From: an uncultured Chloroflexia bacterium
GTDB lineage: Bacteria; Chloroflexota; Limnocylindria; Limnocylindrales; CSP1-4
Assembly: GCA_963720755.1 (NCBI GenBank)
Contig: CAVRGP010000006.1
Coordinates: 128,001 to 192,000, forward strand
Direction: 5' to 3'
DNA: 64,000 nucleotides
Under the pieces are notes generated by a model, which was given only the letters and a program-made list of their open reading frames with translations, had not been told where the DNA came from and did not search any database. Every line of letters starts with the position of its first letter. Position 1 is the stretch's first letter. This document shows, piece after piece, positions 17,602-26,332 of the stretch. The position numbers and the translations under genes are program-made.

Positions 17602-19098
17602 ATGCCGGCCGATATCCCCACCTGGGTCCGCGACGCGATCTTCTACCAGATCTTTCCCGATCGGTTCGCCTCGAGCGATCGGGTCAGGAAACCCGGCACG
17701 CTCGAAGCCTGGGAGGCGCCGCCGACCGTCCACGGGTTCAAGGGCGGCGACCTGCTCGGGATCGTCGAGCGGCTGCCGTATCTCGAGGACCTCGGCGTCA
17801 ATGCGCTCTACCTGACCCCGATCTTCAGTTCCGCGTCCAACCACCGATACCACACCTACGACTACCTCACGGTCGACCCGCTTCTGGGAGGCGACGACGC
17901 CCTGCGCGAGTTGCTCGATGCCGCCCACGGCCGCGGGATGCGCGTGATCCTCGATGGCGTGTTCAACCACACCGGCCGCGGGTTCTGGGCCTTTCACCAC
18001 GTGGTCGAGACGGGAGCCGCGTCGCCGTATCGCGGCTGGTTCCACTTCGACGACGCACGTCTGGACCGTGGCCAGCCGCTCGACCCGTACCCGGAGCCGG
18101 ACGCCCCGCCGGCCGACCTCGGCTACACCGCCTGGTGGGGTCTTCCAGCGCTGCCGAAGCTCGATACCGACCATCCCGAGGTCCGCGAGTACCTCTTCGC
18201 GGTGGCCGAACACTGGCTCCGATTCGGGATCGATGGCTGGCGCCTCGACGTTCCGGGCGAGATCGACGACGAGTCGTTCTGGCAGGAGTTCCGGCGGCGC
18301 TGCCGGGCGATCCGACCGGATGCCTACCTCGTCGGCGAGATCTGGCATGTGGCACCCGACTGGCTGCGCGGCGACCGCTTCGACGCGTTGATGAACTACC
18401 CGCTGGGCGAAGCGATCCTCGGGTTCGCGGCGGGTTCCCGGTTGGACCTGTCCGTGGTCCGCGGACACTTCGAGTACGAACGGTCGATCCGGCCGCTCGA
18501 CGGCCAGGCGTTCGCGGCGCGGATCGCCGAGCTGACGAGCGCCTACGATCCGGACGTCGTCGGCGCTCAACTGGGGCTGATCGGCTCGCACGATACCCCG
18601 CGCGCACGTTCGGTCGTCGGCGACGATTTAGCCGGCGTGCGCCTTGCCACCCTGCTCCTGGCGACCTTGCCCGGGGCACCGTGCATCTACTACGGGGACG
18701 AGATCGGCCTGCGCGGCGGCAACGATCCCGCGTGTCGCGCCGGCTTCCCGTGGGATCCGGGCCAGTGGGAAGCCGGCTTGCGGGATGCGGTCCGCGCGGT
18801 CCTCCACCTCCGGCGCGCCGAGGCCGTCCTCCGCCACGGCGAGGTGCGGGTCGTCGCCACGGCCGGATCCGCCGTGGCCTTCGAACGGAGGTCCGGCGAT
18901 GCCCGACTGGTCATCGTGGCCAACGCCGGCGACGTGCCGGCGACCCTCGATCTCGTCCTCGACGGCGTTTCGGACGGACGGGTCGAGCCCGTCGAGATGA
19001 CCGGCTGGGGCGGGGTCCCAGGTGCGTCGATCGTCGAAGGACACGCCCGGATCGAGGCCCCGAGCCGATCCGGCGGCGTCCTCCGAGTCCGGATCTGA
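17602..19098 (+). CDS. GH13 cyclomaltodextrinase/neopullulanase-like alpha-glycosidase
   Basis: PTWVRDAIFYQIFPDRF, GGDL, LDGVFNH, GWRLDV, GEIW, SHD, YYGDE. Confidence 0.93.
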   Translation: MPADIPTWVRDAIFYQIFPDRFASSDRVRKPGTLEAWEAPPTVHGFKGGDLLGIVERLPYLEDLGVNALYLTPIFSSASNHRYHTYDYLTVDPLLGGDDALRELLDAAHGRGMRVILDGVFNHTGRGFWAFHHVVETGAASPYRGWFHFDDARLDRGQPLDPYPEPDAPPADLGYTAWWGLPALPKLDTDHPEVREYLFAVAEHWLRFGIDGWRLDVPGEIDDESFWQEFRRRCRAIRPDAYLVGEIWHVAPDWLRGDRFDALMNYPLGEAILGFAAGSRLDLSVVRGHFEYERSIRPLDGQAFAARIAELTSAYDPDVVGAQLGLIGSHDTPRARSVVGDDLAGVRLATLLLATLPGAPCIYYGDEIGLRGGNDPACRAGFPWDPGQWEAGLRDAVRAVLHLRRAEAVLRHGEVRVVATAGSAVAFERRSGDARLVIVANAGDVPATLDLVLDGVSDGRVEPVEMTGWGGVPGASIVEGHARIEAPSRSGGVLRVRI

Positions 19099-19140
19099 CG
19101 GCTGAGCGACCGAGCCGAATTCGGTCATACTCCCGCTTCT

Positions 19141-19749
19141 GTGGCTGACCTACCGATCGAACTGAAACCCGAACTCGCCGAGCGACTGGCCGCGGCCCTG
19201 GACGTCGACGGCAAGATCCCGCGCGCCCTGGACGCCCTCGGTCCGGTCGCGGGACGCGATGTCCTGCTCCTCGACGGCGCGGATGGGATCCGTGCCCGGC
19301 AGCTCCGCGAGCTCGGCGGGCGGGTCGCCTACGCCAGCGTGGACGCGACGGCCGGGATCGAGGCGCCCGACGATTCCGCCGATGTCCTGATCAGCCTGTG
19401 GGGGCCGTTCCGGGGGGTGGATGGGACGGAGCGAGCAGAGGCGGCACGGGTCCTGCGCCCAGGCGGCCGGCTGCTCATCGTCCTCGACTACGGCCGGGAC
19501 GATGTCTCCCACCTGCGCGGCGACCTGCCCGAGTACGGCCGCCTGAGCCGCCGTGGCGGACCGCTCCTCGGTGGCGGCTGCAAGGTCCGAGTGGTCCATT
19601 GCTTCTGGACGTTCGCGACGATGGACGATGCCGGGTCGTTCCTGCGAGCCGCCTTCGGTCCGACGGGTCGCAAGGTGGCCAAGGAGATGAAGCGCCCCCG
19701 GTTGGCCTACAACGTTGCCGTGTATCACCGCTCGGTCGAGGCGGCGTGA
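19141..19749 (+). CDS. Class I methyltransferase-like protein (degenerate motif I)
   Basis: PDDSADV..EAARVLRPGGRL; no clear DxGxG. Confidence 0.6.
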   Translation: MADLPIELKPELAERLAAALDVDGKIPRALDALGPVAGRDVLLLDGADGIRARQLRELGGRVAYASVDATAGIEAPDDSADVLISLWGPFRGVDGTERAEAARVLRPGGRLLIVLDYGRDDVSHLRGDLPEYGRLSRRGGPLLGGGCKVRVVHCFWTFATMDDAGSFLRAAFGPTGRKVAKEMKRPRLAYNVAVYHRSVEAA

Positions 19750-20087
19750 TGACGGCCACCCGCGAGCCGACGCCGTCCAGGATCCGGATCAGCCCAGGGG
19801 TCGTCTTTCTCGCCGTCGCCCTCATCGGCTCGGTCGCCTTCGCCCTGTATGCGGTCACCGTCCGCGACGCATCGCAGATCCCGCTGCTGGCCGCCGGCGG
19901 CGTGGCGCTTGGGATCGTCTTCCTGGCGCTCGCGGTGTTCACGCTTCGGGCGACCTGGCGAGCCGGGATCGCCGGTCGCGACGGACGTGCGCTCGCGCTC
20001 GGTGTCGGCGGCGGTATCGCCGCGATCATCGGGTTCGGGTGTATCGCCGGCGCCCTCATCCTGTTCCTGCTGTCGCAGGCGTCCTGA
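19749..20087 (+). CDS. Small hypothetical membrane protein (3 TM)
   Basis: TGATG coupling to the upstream gene; three hydrophobic segments. Confidence 0.7.
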   Translation: MTATREPTPSRIRISPGVVFLAVALIGSVAFALYAVTVRDASQIPLLAAGGVALGIVFLALAVFTLRATWRAGIAGRDGRALALGVGGGIAAIIGFGCIAGALILFLLSQAS

Positions 20088-20138
20088 TCACGCTCGCCGG
20101 ACCCGCGACGACCCTCTGGTAGACTCCCCGGGCGCCCT

Positions 20139-20215
20139 GCCCCCATCGTCTAGAGGCCTAGGACGCCACCCTTTCAAGGTGGAGATCAGGGGTTCGAATC
20201 CCCTTGGGGGTACCA
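20139..20215 (+). tRNA. tRNA-Glu (anticodon TTC)
   Basis: Acceptor GCCCCCA/TGGGGGT, anticodon arm CCACC-CTTTCAA-GGTGG, T-loop GGTTCGAATCC, encoded CCA; TGGTAGACT extended -10 upstream. Confidence 0.97.
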
Positions 20216-20262
20216 CACCCGGGGCCGTGCCGGCGCCCGGGACCCTGCTACCATCGGGCCCG

Positions 20263-20616
20263 ATGGAGATCATGGGCGTCCAGATCCGGACGATCATCAA
20301 GGACAACGTGGCGACCCGGTGCGATGGCTGCCTGCAGGTCATCGACGGAACGCCCTGGCGGATCAACCTGCTCGACATCGTCGCGGCCGAATCGCCGGTC
20401 GACTGGACGGACCGCCCGGCCGTGAATCCAGGTCCGTTCCAGTTCCACGGCGATCCCGTCTGCGTCCACCGATGGATGGCCGCCAGGGACTACCTGTTCT
20501 GTCGCCGAGGCGAGGTTCGCGAGATCATGCGCCCGGTCGAGATCCCGACCGACCCACCCCGATGGGGCCTGTGCGATGGGATCCATCGCGACGAACACGA
20601 GTTCGTCCCCGCCTGA
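20263..20616 (+). CDS. Small Cys/His-rich hypothetical protein
   Basis: CDGC..HGDPVC..FC..LCDGIHRDEH; TGCTACCAT upstream; typical codon usage. Confidence 0.75.
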   Translation: MEIMGVQIRTIIKDNVATRCDGCLQVIDGTPWRINLLDIVAAESPVDWTDRPAVNPGPFQFHGDPVCVHRWMAARDYLFCRRGEVREIMRPVEIPTDPPRWGLCDGIHRDEHEFVPA

Positions 20617-20632
20617 GGACCGATCGACAGCG

Positions 20633-21316
20633 TTACGACGCCGCGACCGCGGTGAGGTCCTTGTCCTCCATCTCCCACGCATGGTCGAGCGTGTGGAAGG
20701 CCGAGTGCCGGATGAGGAATGGCAGCGTCCACGACCGCATGCGGCCCTGGGCTTCTCCCGCGTTGTAGGCGCGCATCGCCGCGACGTACGCCTCCCGGTA
20801 CGTGCGCAGACCATCCGGGGTCAGGGCGGCACCCTCCGGCGTCCGCAACCCGACCTTCCCCGCGAAGTCCTCACTCTCGACCCGGATGGTGTGGCTGATG
20901 ATCCGGTCACGATCGCGTCCTCCCCCGCGCGGACCCTTGCGCATCTCCGGCGAGACCCGGGCCGCGACGCCGTCGAAGAACGTCCAGCACGCCCGCAGGA
21001 GCCCGATCGCGCGCTCGAGCTCCGCCTCACTCATCGGGCCGTGTTCGGCCGCGCAGGGCGTGAAGGAGATGCCCCAGAAGTCGGTCGAACCGGTGCCGAC
21101 CTTGTCCTCCACGATCTCGAGGGTTCCGGCGGCAGCGAACTCGGCTGCCAGCCCGGCGAGATCCGCGACGGGGCGGTAGCGCTCCCGATACGACTCGAGC
21201 GTTTCCAGGGCAAGCTCGGGGGTTTTCGCGCCCCGACTCCAGCCCGGCCAGTCGATCCCGAACGCGACCGACCGCTTCCCCTTGGGCCCTCGTTCGATGA
21301 CCGTGCGGACCGACAT
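20633..21316 (-). CDS. Hypothetical protein (HicB-like N-terminus, DinB-like C-terminus)
   Basis: DWPGWSRGAKTPELAL; LRKGP-type GGGRDRD..H; RHSAFHTLDHAWE. Confidence 0.7.
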   Translation of the reverse strand: MSVRTVIERGPKGKRSVAFGIDWPGWSRGAKTPELALETLESYRERYRPVADLAGLAAEFAAAGTLEIVEDKVGTGSTDFWGISFTPCAAEHGPMSEAELERAIGLLRACWTFFDGVAARVSPEMRKGPRGGGRDRDRIISHTIRVESEDFAGKVGLRTPEGAALTPDGLRTYREAYVAAMRAYNAGEAQGRMRSWTLPFLIRHSAFHTLDHAWEMEDKDLTAVAAS

Positions 21317-21407
21317 GGCTGCAGTATCGCATCGGGCACAGCGGCCGTTTGACAGTGGCCGGTCGGGGCGCCTATCCTCCGCCCGGTCTGCACGGAACCG
21401 CGATACC

Positions 21408-21427
21408 CAGATTCGCATAGATTTGTA
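21408..21427 (+). promoter_or_regulatory. 10-bp direct repeat, candidate operator for the BldC-like HTH protein
   Basis: CAGATTCGCA / TAGATTTGTA, an AT-rich patch 35-55 bp upstream of 21462. Confidence 0.35.
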
Positions 21428-21461
21428 GGTCAGCTTCCCCCAAGCGCACCCGAGGCGTCAC

Positions 21462-22151
21462 GTGCCCGACTCCGCCCCCGCCGACTCGGCCACTCGACCG
21501 ATATCCGACCTGTCGGCGCAAGCCACGTGGCTGTCGCTGGGCCCGGCGAGCCGGCGGATCGGGGTCGATCCGGACACGCTCCGGCGGTGGGCCGACGAGG
21601 GCCGGATCGAGGTCTACCTCACGCCGGGCGGGCACCGTCGCTTCGAACGTCGGGCGATCGAGGACCTGATCTCGACGCGCCGGCCCGGTAGTCGCCCGCT
21701 GGCGAGCCTCGGGGCCAGCCCGGAGCGGGTCACGCGCGCCTATCAGCGCACGTACGCGGCCAATGTCGGCGGGCACGGCGTGGCTGCCGGCGACGACGCG
21801 ACGAGGGAGCACTACCGGCAGGATGGGCGGCGGCTGGTCGAGGCCCTCGTGGCCCATCTCGACGCCGATGTCACCGACGCCGCCGGGCGGGACCAGGCGG
21901 AGGCCGACGCGACCGCCCTGGTAGACGACCTGGCCCGGAGGCTCGCGGCGTCGGGCACCAGCCTGACCGAAGCGGTCGGCCTGTTCGTGGCTGCCCGGCG
22001 GCCCTTCCTGGACGCCTTGACTGGACTCGGCCGCCGGCGAACGCTCGACGCGGCCCGCCTCGCCACGCTGTACGACGATGCGTCGAGTCTGCTCGATCGG
22101 CTCCTGCTCCGCCTCATCGCGACCTTCCAGGAAGCGACCCGGCCAGCATGA
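21462..22151 (+). CDS. MerR/BldC-like (HTH_17) DNA-binding protein with helical C-terminal domain
   Basis: WLSLGPASRRIGVDPDTLRRWADEGRI..TPGGHRRF. Confidence 0.85.
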   Translation: MPDSAPADSATRPISDLSAQATWLSLGPASRRIGVDPDTLRRWADEGRIEVYLTPGGHRRFERRAIEDLISTRRPGSRPLASLGASPERVTRAYQRTYAANVGGHGVAAGDDATREHYRQDGRRLVEALVAHLDADVTDAAGRDQAEADATALVDDLARRLAASGTSLTEAVGLFVAARRPFLDALTGLGRRRTLDAARLATLYDDASSLLDRLLLRLIATFQEATRPA

Positions 22152-23263
22152 ACCCTGCGGTCGTCCTCCCGGCGCTGACCTCGCTCCTGGCCCTGGCCTT
22201 CGCTGTCGCGCTGTTCGACCAATGGCGCGAACGGCGCGGTGGGTTCCAGTTGATCTGGGCGATCGGGATGGTCTTCTATGGCGTCGGGGCCGGCAGCGAG
22301 GCCATCGCCGCGGCCAACGGCTGGAACGAAGCCCTCTACCGGACCTGGTACCTGACCGGCGCGGTGTGGACCGCGGGATGGCTGGGCCTCGGGACCGCCT
22401 ATCTCCTCGGCCGCACACGGTTCGGCTACAGCTTCGCCCTGTGCCTCTTCCTGGCCGGCCTGTTCACCTTCCTCCTCCGCAACAAGCCCGAGTACGCCGG
22501 CGCCGGCACCCTCCCGCTCCTCTACTTCATCGCTGCCGGTCTGCTGGCACTCGCCGTCGCGGTGGAGACCTACTTCGCCAACGATCGCTGGCCGGTGCTG
22601 GCCGCCGCAGCCGTCATCGGAGCGACCGCCCTCAGCCTCGTCCTGATGGCGACGACGACCCTGGCGGCACCCGGGTACGCCGTCGACCCGGCGACGGGAG
22701 CACCGGTCGCGACGCTCTTCCCGCCGCAACTCCGACTGCTGACGCCGTTCCTCAACATCACCGGCGCCTTCGCGTTGATCCTCGGAGCGATCTTCTCGAC
22801 CTATGTGTTCATGCCCAAGCGGCGTGTGCTGGCTTACTCGCTCGATCCCAACCAGCCGGGTGACGAGTTCCTGTTCAATCTGATCATCGCGCCCGTGGCG
22901 ATCACCGTGAACCTGGTTGCGTCCCTGCCGGGCGCGGCCCGGGCGTTGGTCGCCGGGAAGCTCCACAGCCGGGTGCCGGCGACGATCCTCATCGCGATCG
23001 GTGCCTTCGTGGCGACCCTCGGTGACACGCTGAATCGCTTCGGCATGACCGAGTGGTTCCAGCTCGGCAAGTTCCTCGGCGTCATCTTCCTGTTCGCGGG
23101 CTTCCTCGTCTCGGTGGAGGTCTTCCGCGTGGTCCGCGTGCCATTCACCTCGATCCGGCTGTCGCGGACGCGCCACGAGCCGGCTGGCGCCGAGGCGCTC
23201 GTCGCGGCATCCGAGGCGGCCCTCGGTCACGGTCCGAGCGACACGGAGACCGCGCCGAGCTGA
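22148..23263 (+). CDS. Multi-pass hypothetical membrane protein
   Basis: About 9-10 TM segments; ATGA overlap with the HTH gene; YRTWYLTGA..WLGLGT motif. Confidence 0.85.
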   Translation: MNPAVVLPALTSLLALAFAVALFDQWRERRGGFQLIWAIGMVFYGVGAGSEAIAAANGWNEALYRTWYLTGAVWTAGWLGLGTAYLLGRTRFGYSFALCLFLAGLFTFLLRNKPEYAGAGTLPLLYFIAAGLLALAVAVETYFANDRWPVLAAAAVIGATALSLVLMATTTLAAPGYAVDPATGAPVATLFPPQLRLLTPFLNITGAFALILGAIFSTYVFMPKRRVLAYSLDPNQPGDEFLFNLIIAPVAITVNLVASLPGAARALVAGKLHSRVPATILIAIGAFVATLGDTLNRFGMTEWFQLGKFLGVIFLFAGFLVSVEVFRVVRVPFTSIRLSRTRHEPAGAEALVAASEAALGHGPSDTETAPS

Positions 23264-23351
23264 CCGACGGGAACGTCCCTGGATCGGGGCCGGCTCCGCG
23301 TTCGGGCCATCGGCCCTACGATCGACGGATGCGCTGCCGATCCCGACGTCG

Positions 23352-24401
23352 ATGACGAACCGATCCCCGATCGCGGGCTTTGCGATCGTCATCGCCGCCG
23401 CCTCCATGTTCGGGATGCTCGGGCCGCTGTCGAACTTCGCGTATGACGCCGGGATGGAGCCGCTTCCCTTCGTCGCCTGGCGAGGCGGGATCGGTCTGGT
23501 CGCGACGATGGCATTCATCGGATGGCGGATCGCTCGCGGCGTGGAACACCCGACTCGCCTCGCAGCACTCGATCGCGGGGCCCGGGTCAGCCTGCTCGTG
23601 GCCGCGCTGGCTGGGTTCGGGCTGAACCTGGCCATGTTCATCGCCTTCGACCTGGTCACCGTCGCCCTGGCGCTGCTCGGCTTCTACACATACCCGGTCG
23701 TGGTGGCGATCGTGAACGTCGCCCTCGGTCGCGAGTCGCTCGATCGACCGCGCGTCGCGGCCCTCGTCCTGGCTGTTTGCGGCATGATCGCGGTGGTCGC
23801 CTCGCAACTCGATCCCGCATCCGGGATCCGGTTCGATGCCATCGGGTTCGGGCTTGCCCTCGGCGCCGCGGCATGCCAGGCCGTGTTCGTCATCATCAGC
23901 CGGAGCGGCTACGCGGCCGTCCCGGCGACGCAGGCGATGGGCTTCATCCTGGGCACGACGGTGGTCGCCAGCCTGGTCGTGGCCATCGCGGCCGGGTCCG
24001 TGGAGGCACTCGCCTACCCCCTCCGCGATCTGTCCGTGATGCCGCTGCTCCTGTTCACCGGCCTGTTCGCGGCAGCGATCCCATCGATCCTCTTCCTGAC
24101 CGGGATCCGCATCGTCGGCGGGACCCGTGCCGGCATCCTCATGTTGTTCGAGCCGGTCGTCGGGGTCATCCTGGCGGCGGCGCTCCTCGGAGAGCGGGTC
24201 GCCCCGATCCAGGTCCTCGGTGGGCTCATGATCCTGCTGGCGGCCCTCATCCTCCAGCGCTCCGCGGCTCCGGGTGGCCGGGTGATCGTCGCGCCAGCGG
24301 TCGAAGCGGACGCGGCGCCCGGCGTGGACGAGGCGCCACCTGCGGACGAAGGGTCCGAGACGAAACCCGGTGCCGATGCGGACGTCGGCGCGACAGCCTG
24401 A
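23352..24401 (+). CDS. EamA/DMT family transporter
   Basis: 10 TM, YTYP, FEPV motifs. Confidence 0.9.
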   Translation: MTNRSPIAGFAIVIAAASMFGMLGPLSNFAYDAGMEPLPFVAWRGGIGLVATMAFIGWRIARGVEHPTRLAALDRGARVSLLVAALAGFGLNLAMFIAFDLVTVALALLGFYTYPVVVAIVNVALGRESLDRPRVAALVLAVCGMIAVVASQLDPASGIRFDAIGFGLALGAAACQAVFVIISRSGYAAVPATQAMGFILGTTVVASLVVAIAAGSVEALAYPLRDLSVMPLLLFTGLFAAAIPSILFLTGIRIVGGTRAGILMLFEPVVGVILAAALLGERVAPIQVLGGLMILLAALILQRSAAPGGRVIVAPAVEADAAPGVDEAPPADEGSETKPGADADVGATA

Positions 24402-24474
24402 CCCAGAGTCTGCCGGCGGTCCAGACTACGGCGACCAGGGGTATCAGATCATCGACACAGGAGGGGACGAGGCC

Positions 24475-24945
24475 ATGGACGACAGCGAGCGCGCGAACCT
24501 CCTCGATCGATACGCTGGCGGCGCCGACGCCGTCGATCGAACCCTCGAGGGAGCGACCGAGACGGACCTGGACCGGCGACCACCATCGGGCGAATGGACC
24601 GCGCGAGAGGTCGTTCACCACCTGGCCGACTCGGAGGCGATGGCCTACATCCGACTGCGCCGGCTGATCGCCGAGGACCGACCGGTGATCGCCGGATATG
24701 ACGAGCCCGAATGGGCGCGCCGGCTGCACTACGACCGCCCGATCGGGTCATCCCTGGCCGTCCTCCGTGCGGTTCGAGCGGCGAGCCTTGAGCTCCTCCA
24801 GGGGCTGGACGACGACGCATGGGAACGATCCGGCACCCATACCGAATCGGGCCGCTATGCCGTCACGGATTGGTTGCGCATCTACGCGTCGCACAGCCAC
24901 GACCATGCCGACCAGATCGCTCGCGCCCTTCGCGGCGCGGACTGA
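24475..24945 (+). CDS. DinB family protein
   Basis: GEWTAREVVHHLADSE..YDEPEW..HSHDH; GGAGG upstream. Confidence 0.88.
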   Translation: MDDSERANLLDRYAGGADAVDRTLEGATETDLDRRPPSGEWTAREVVHHLADSEAMAYIRLRRLIAEDRPVIAGYDEPEWARRLHYDRPIGSSLAVLRAVRAASLELLQGLDDDAWERSGTHTESGRYAVTDWLRIYASHSHDHADQIARALRGAD

Positions 24946-24960
24946 CCTCGGGTTCGGACG

Positions 24961-25677
24961 ATGACCACCGTCGTCTTCCTCCACGGCACTCGCCTGACCG
25001 GATCGATGTGGGCGCCCCAACTGGCTGGCCTCGGCCCGGGGTTCCGAACGCGGGCGATCGACCTCCCGGGGCACGGCCGACGGGCAGATGAGCGTTTCAC
25101 CCTGGATCGTGCGGTCGAGGTCGTTGCCGAGGCGATCGACGACGAGCCGGTCGACGGGGCGGTGATCGTCGGACTGTCGCTGGGCGGGTATGTGGCCATG
25201 GCGGTCGCGGCAGCCGTGCCGGAACGAGTCGGGGGTCTCGTCGTGGCGAGCGCCACGGCAGAGCCGGTCGGGCTGCGGGCGGTCCCGTTCCGGGCCATGG
25301 CAGGGGTGATGGAGCGGGTCGACGGACCTCGATTCCAGCAGGTCCAGGCGCACTACTTCAGGTCGCGCTACTCGGCCTCGATCGCCGAGCCGATCATCTC
25401 CGGGGGCTTCTGGGCCGAGGGCGGCGCGACCGCGCTGCGGGCCATCGCCGGCGAGCGGTTCATCCCTCGCCTGGCCGCCTACCCGGGTCCTGTCCTCCTT
25501 CTGAACGGGGAGCTCGACTTCGCCTTCCGACCGGGGGCACGGGGGTTCGCCGCGGCTGCCCATGACGCCCGCCGGGTTCGGATCGCCGGCGCGACCCATC
25601 TGGCCAACCTGGACCGTCCGGCCGCATTCAACGAGGCGATCCGGCGCTTCGCGGGCTCGATCGTGGCCGGAGTCTGA
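24961..25677 (+). CDS. Alpha/beta hydrolase
   Basis: FLHG, DLPGHG, GLSLGG, NGELD, GATH. Confidence 0.9.
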   Translation: MTTVVFLHGTRLTGSMWAPQLAGLGPGFRTRAIDLPGHGRRADERFTLDRAVEVVAEAIDDEPVDGAVIVGLSLGGYVAMAVAAAVPERVGGLVVASATAEPVGLRAVPFRAMAGVMERVDGPRFQQVQAHYFRSRYSASIAEPIISGGFWAEGGATALRAIAGERFIPRLAAYPGPVLLLNGELDFAFRPGARGFAAAAHDARRVRIAGATHLANLDRPAAFNEAIRRFAGSIVAGV

Positions 25678-25780
25678 GCGCGAGCCGGCGAGGGCGGCGG
25701 CGGCGGCGGCGCGACGGCGGCGGACGGCGGCCCGGCAGGGGGCGCGGCCCGCGGCCTGCGGCCCGGCTCCCTCGACTACC

Positions 25781-25947
25781 TGGCAGGATTTGCATCCACA
25801 GACCGTTGTGCCACCTGTCGGGACATCGAGGCGCTCGATTATCGCGTTGTTGAGGTGACCCGAGGCGGATCCACGCTCGAGGCAAGGATGTCCGCGCTCG
25901 TCGACAGCGCCGGCGGCGTTCCAAACTGCCATACCTGTCTGCCGGTG
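25781..25947. repeat. Long imperfect palindrome (element A); candidate ncRNA or REPIN/MITE-like element
   Basis: Nested pairs TGGCAG/CTGCCA, CTGTCG/CGACAG, GGACATC/GATGTCC, CTCGA/TCGAG, GCGT/ACGC; left arm similar to 42971-43016. Confidence 0.7.
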
Positions 25948-25966
25948 AAAATCTCGCCATGTTGAT

Positions 25967-26216
25967 GTGGCCGCGTGCCGAGTTTCGGGGGCACGACGCG
26001 GGCTCGGTCGTGGCCGCGTGCCGAGTTTCGGGGGCGCGACGCGGGCCCGATCGTGGCCGCGTGCCGAGTTTCGGGGGCGCGACGCGGGCCCGGTCGTGGC
26101 CGCGTGCCGAGTTTCGGGGGCGCGACGCGGGCTCGGTCGTGGCCGCGTGCTGAGTTTCGGGGGCACGACGCGGGCTCGGTCGTGGCCGCGTGCCGAGTTT
26201 CGGGGGCACGACGCGG
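25967..26216. repeat. Tandem array, 5.8 x 43 bp
   Basis: Unit GTGGCCGCGTGCCGAGTTTCGGGGGCRCGACGCGGGCYCGRTC starting at 25967, 26010, 26053, 26096, 26139, 26182. Confidence 0.97.
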
Positions 26217-26332
26217 ACGCGGCCCCGGATCCGTTGCCGCCAGCGACCGGAGCCGGGCCTGTCTGACCGGCCGAACTCGTGCCCGCCGCTATACTGGCCC
26301 GACCCGCCTATCCCCGTTCACGCTGAGGTTCG

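Noticed and set aside
21462-21680. Phage excisionase marking a prophage
   Set aside because: The HTH_17 domain is fused to a long C-domain and no phage or integrase genes are nearby
25692-25731. GGC microsatellite as a functional element
   Set aside because: Low-complexity run in GC-rich DNA; noted only as the left flank of element A
25781-25947. Firm call as 6S RNA, raiA motif, tRNA-like element or cobalamin riboswitch
   Set aside because: Only the overall shape or a GGATGCAAATCC T-loop-like word matches; the other conserved elements are absent, and a related copy at 43 kb argues for a repeat family
25967-26216. CRISPR array
   Set aside because: Units are contiguous with no unique spacers, and there are no cas genes in the window
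20139-26300. Genomic island integrated at tRNA-Glu
   Set aside because: No integrase, no duplicated tRNA 3' end noticed, and composition looks like the backbone
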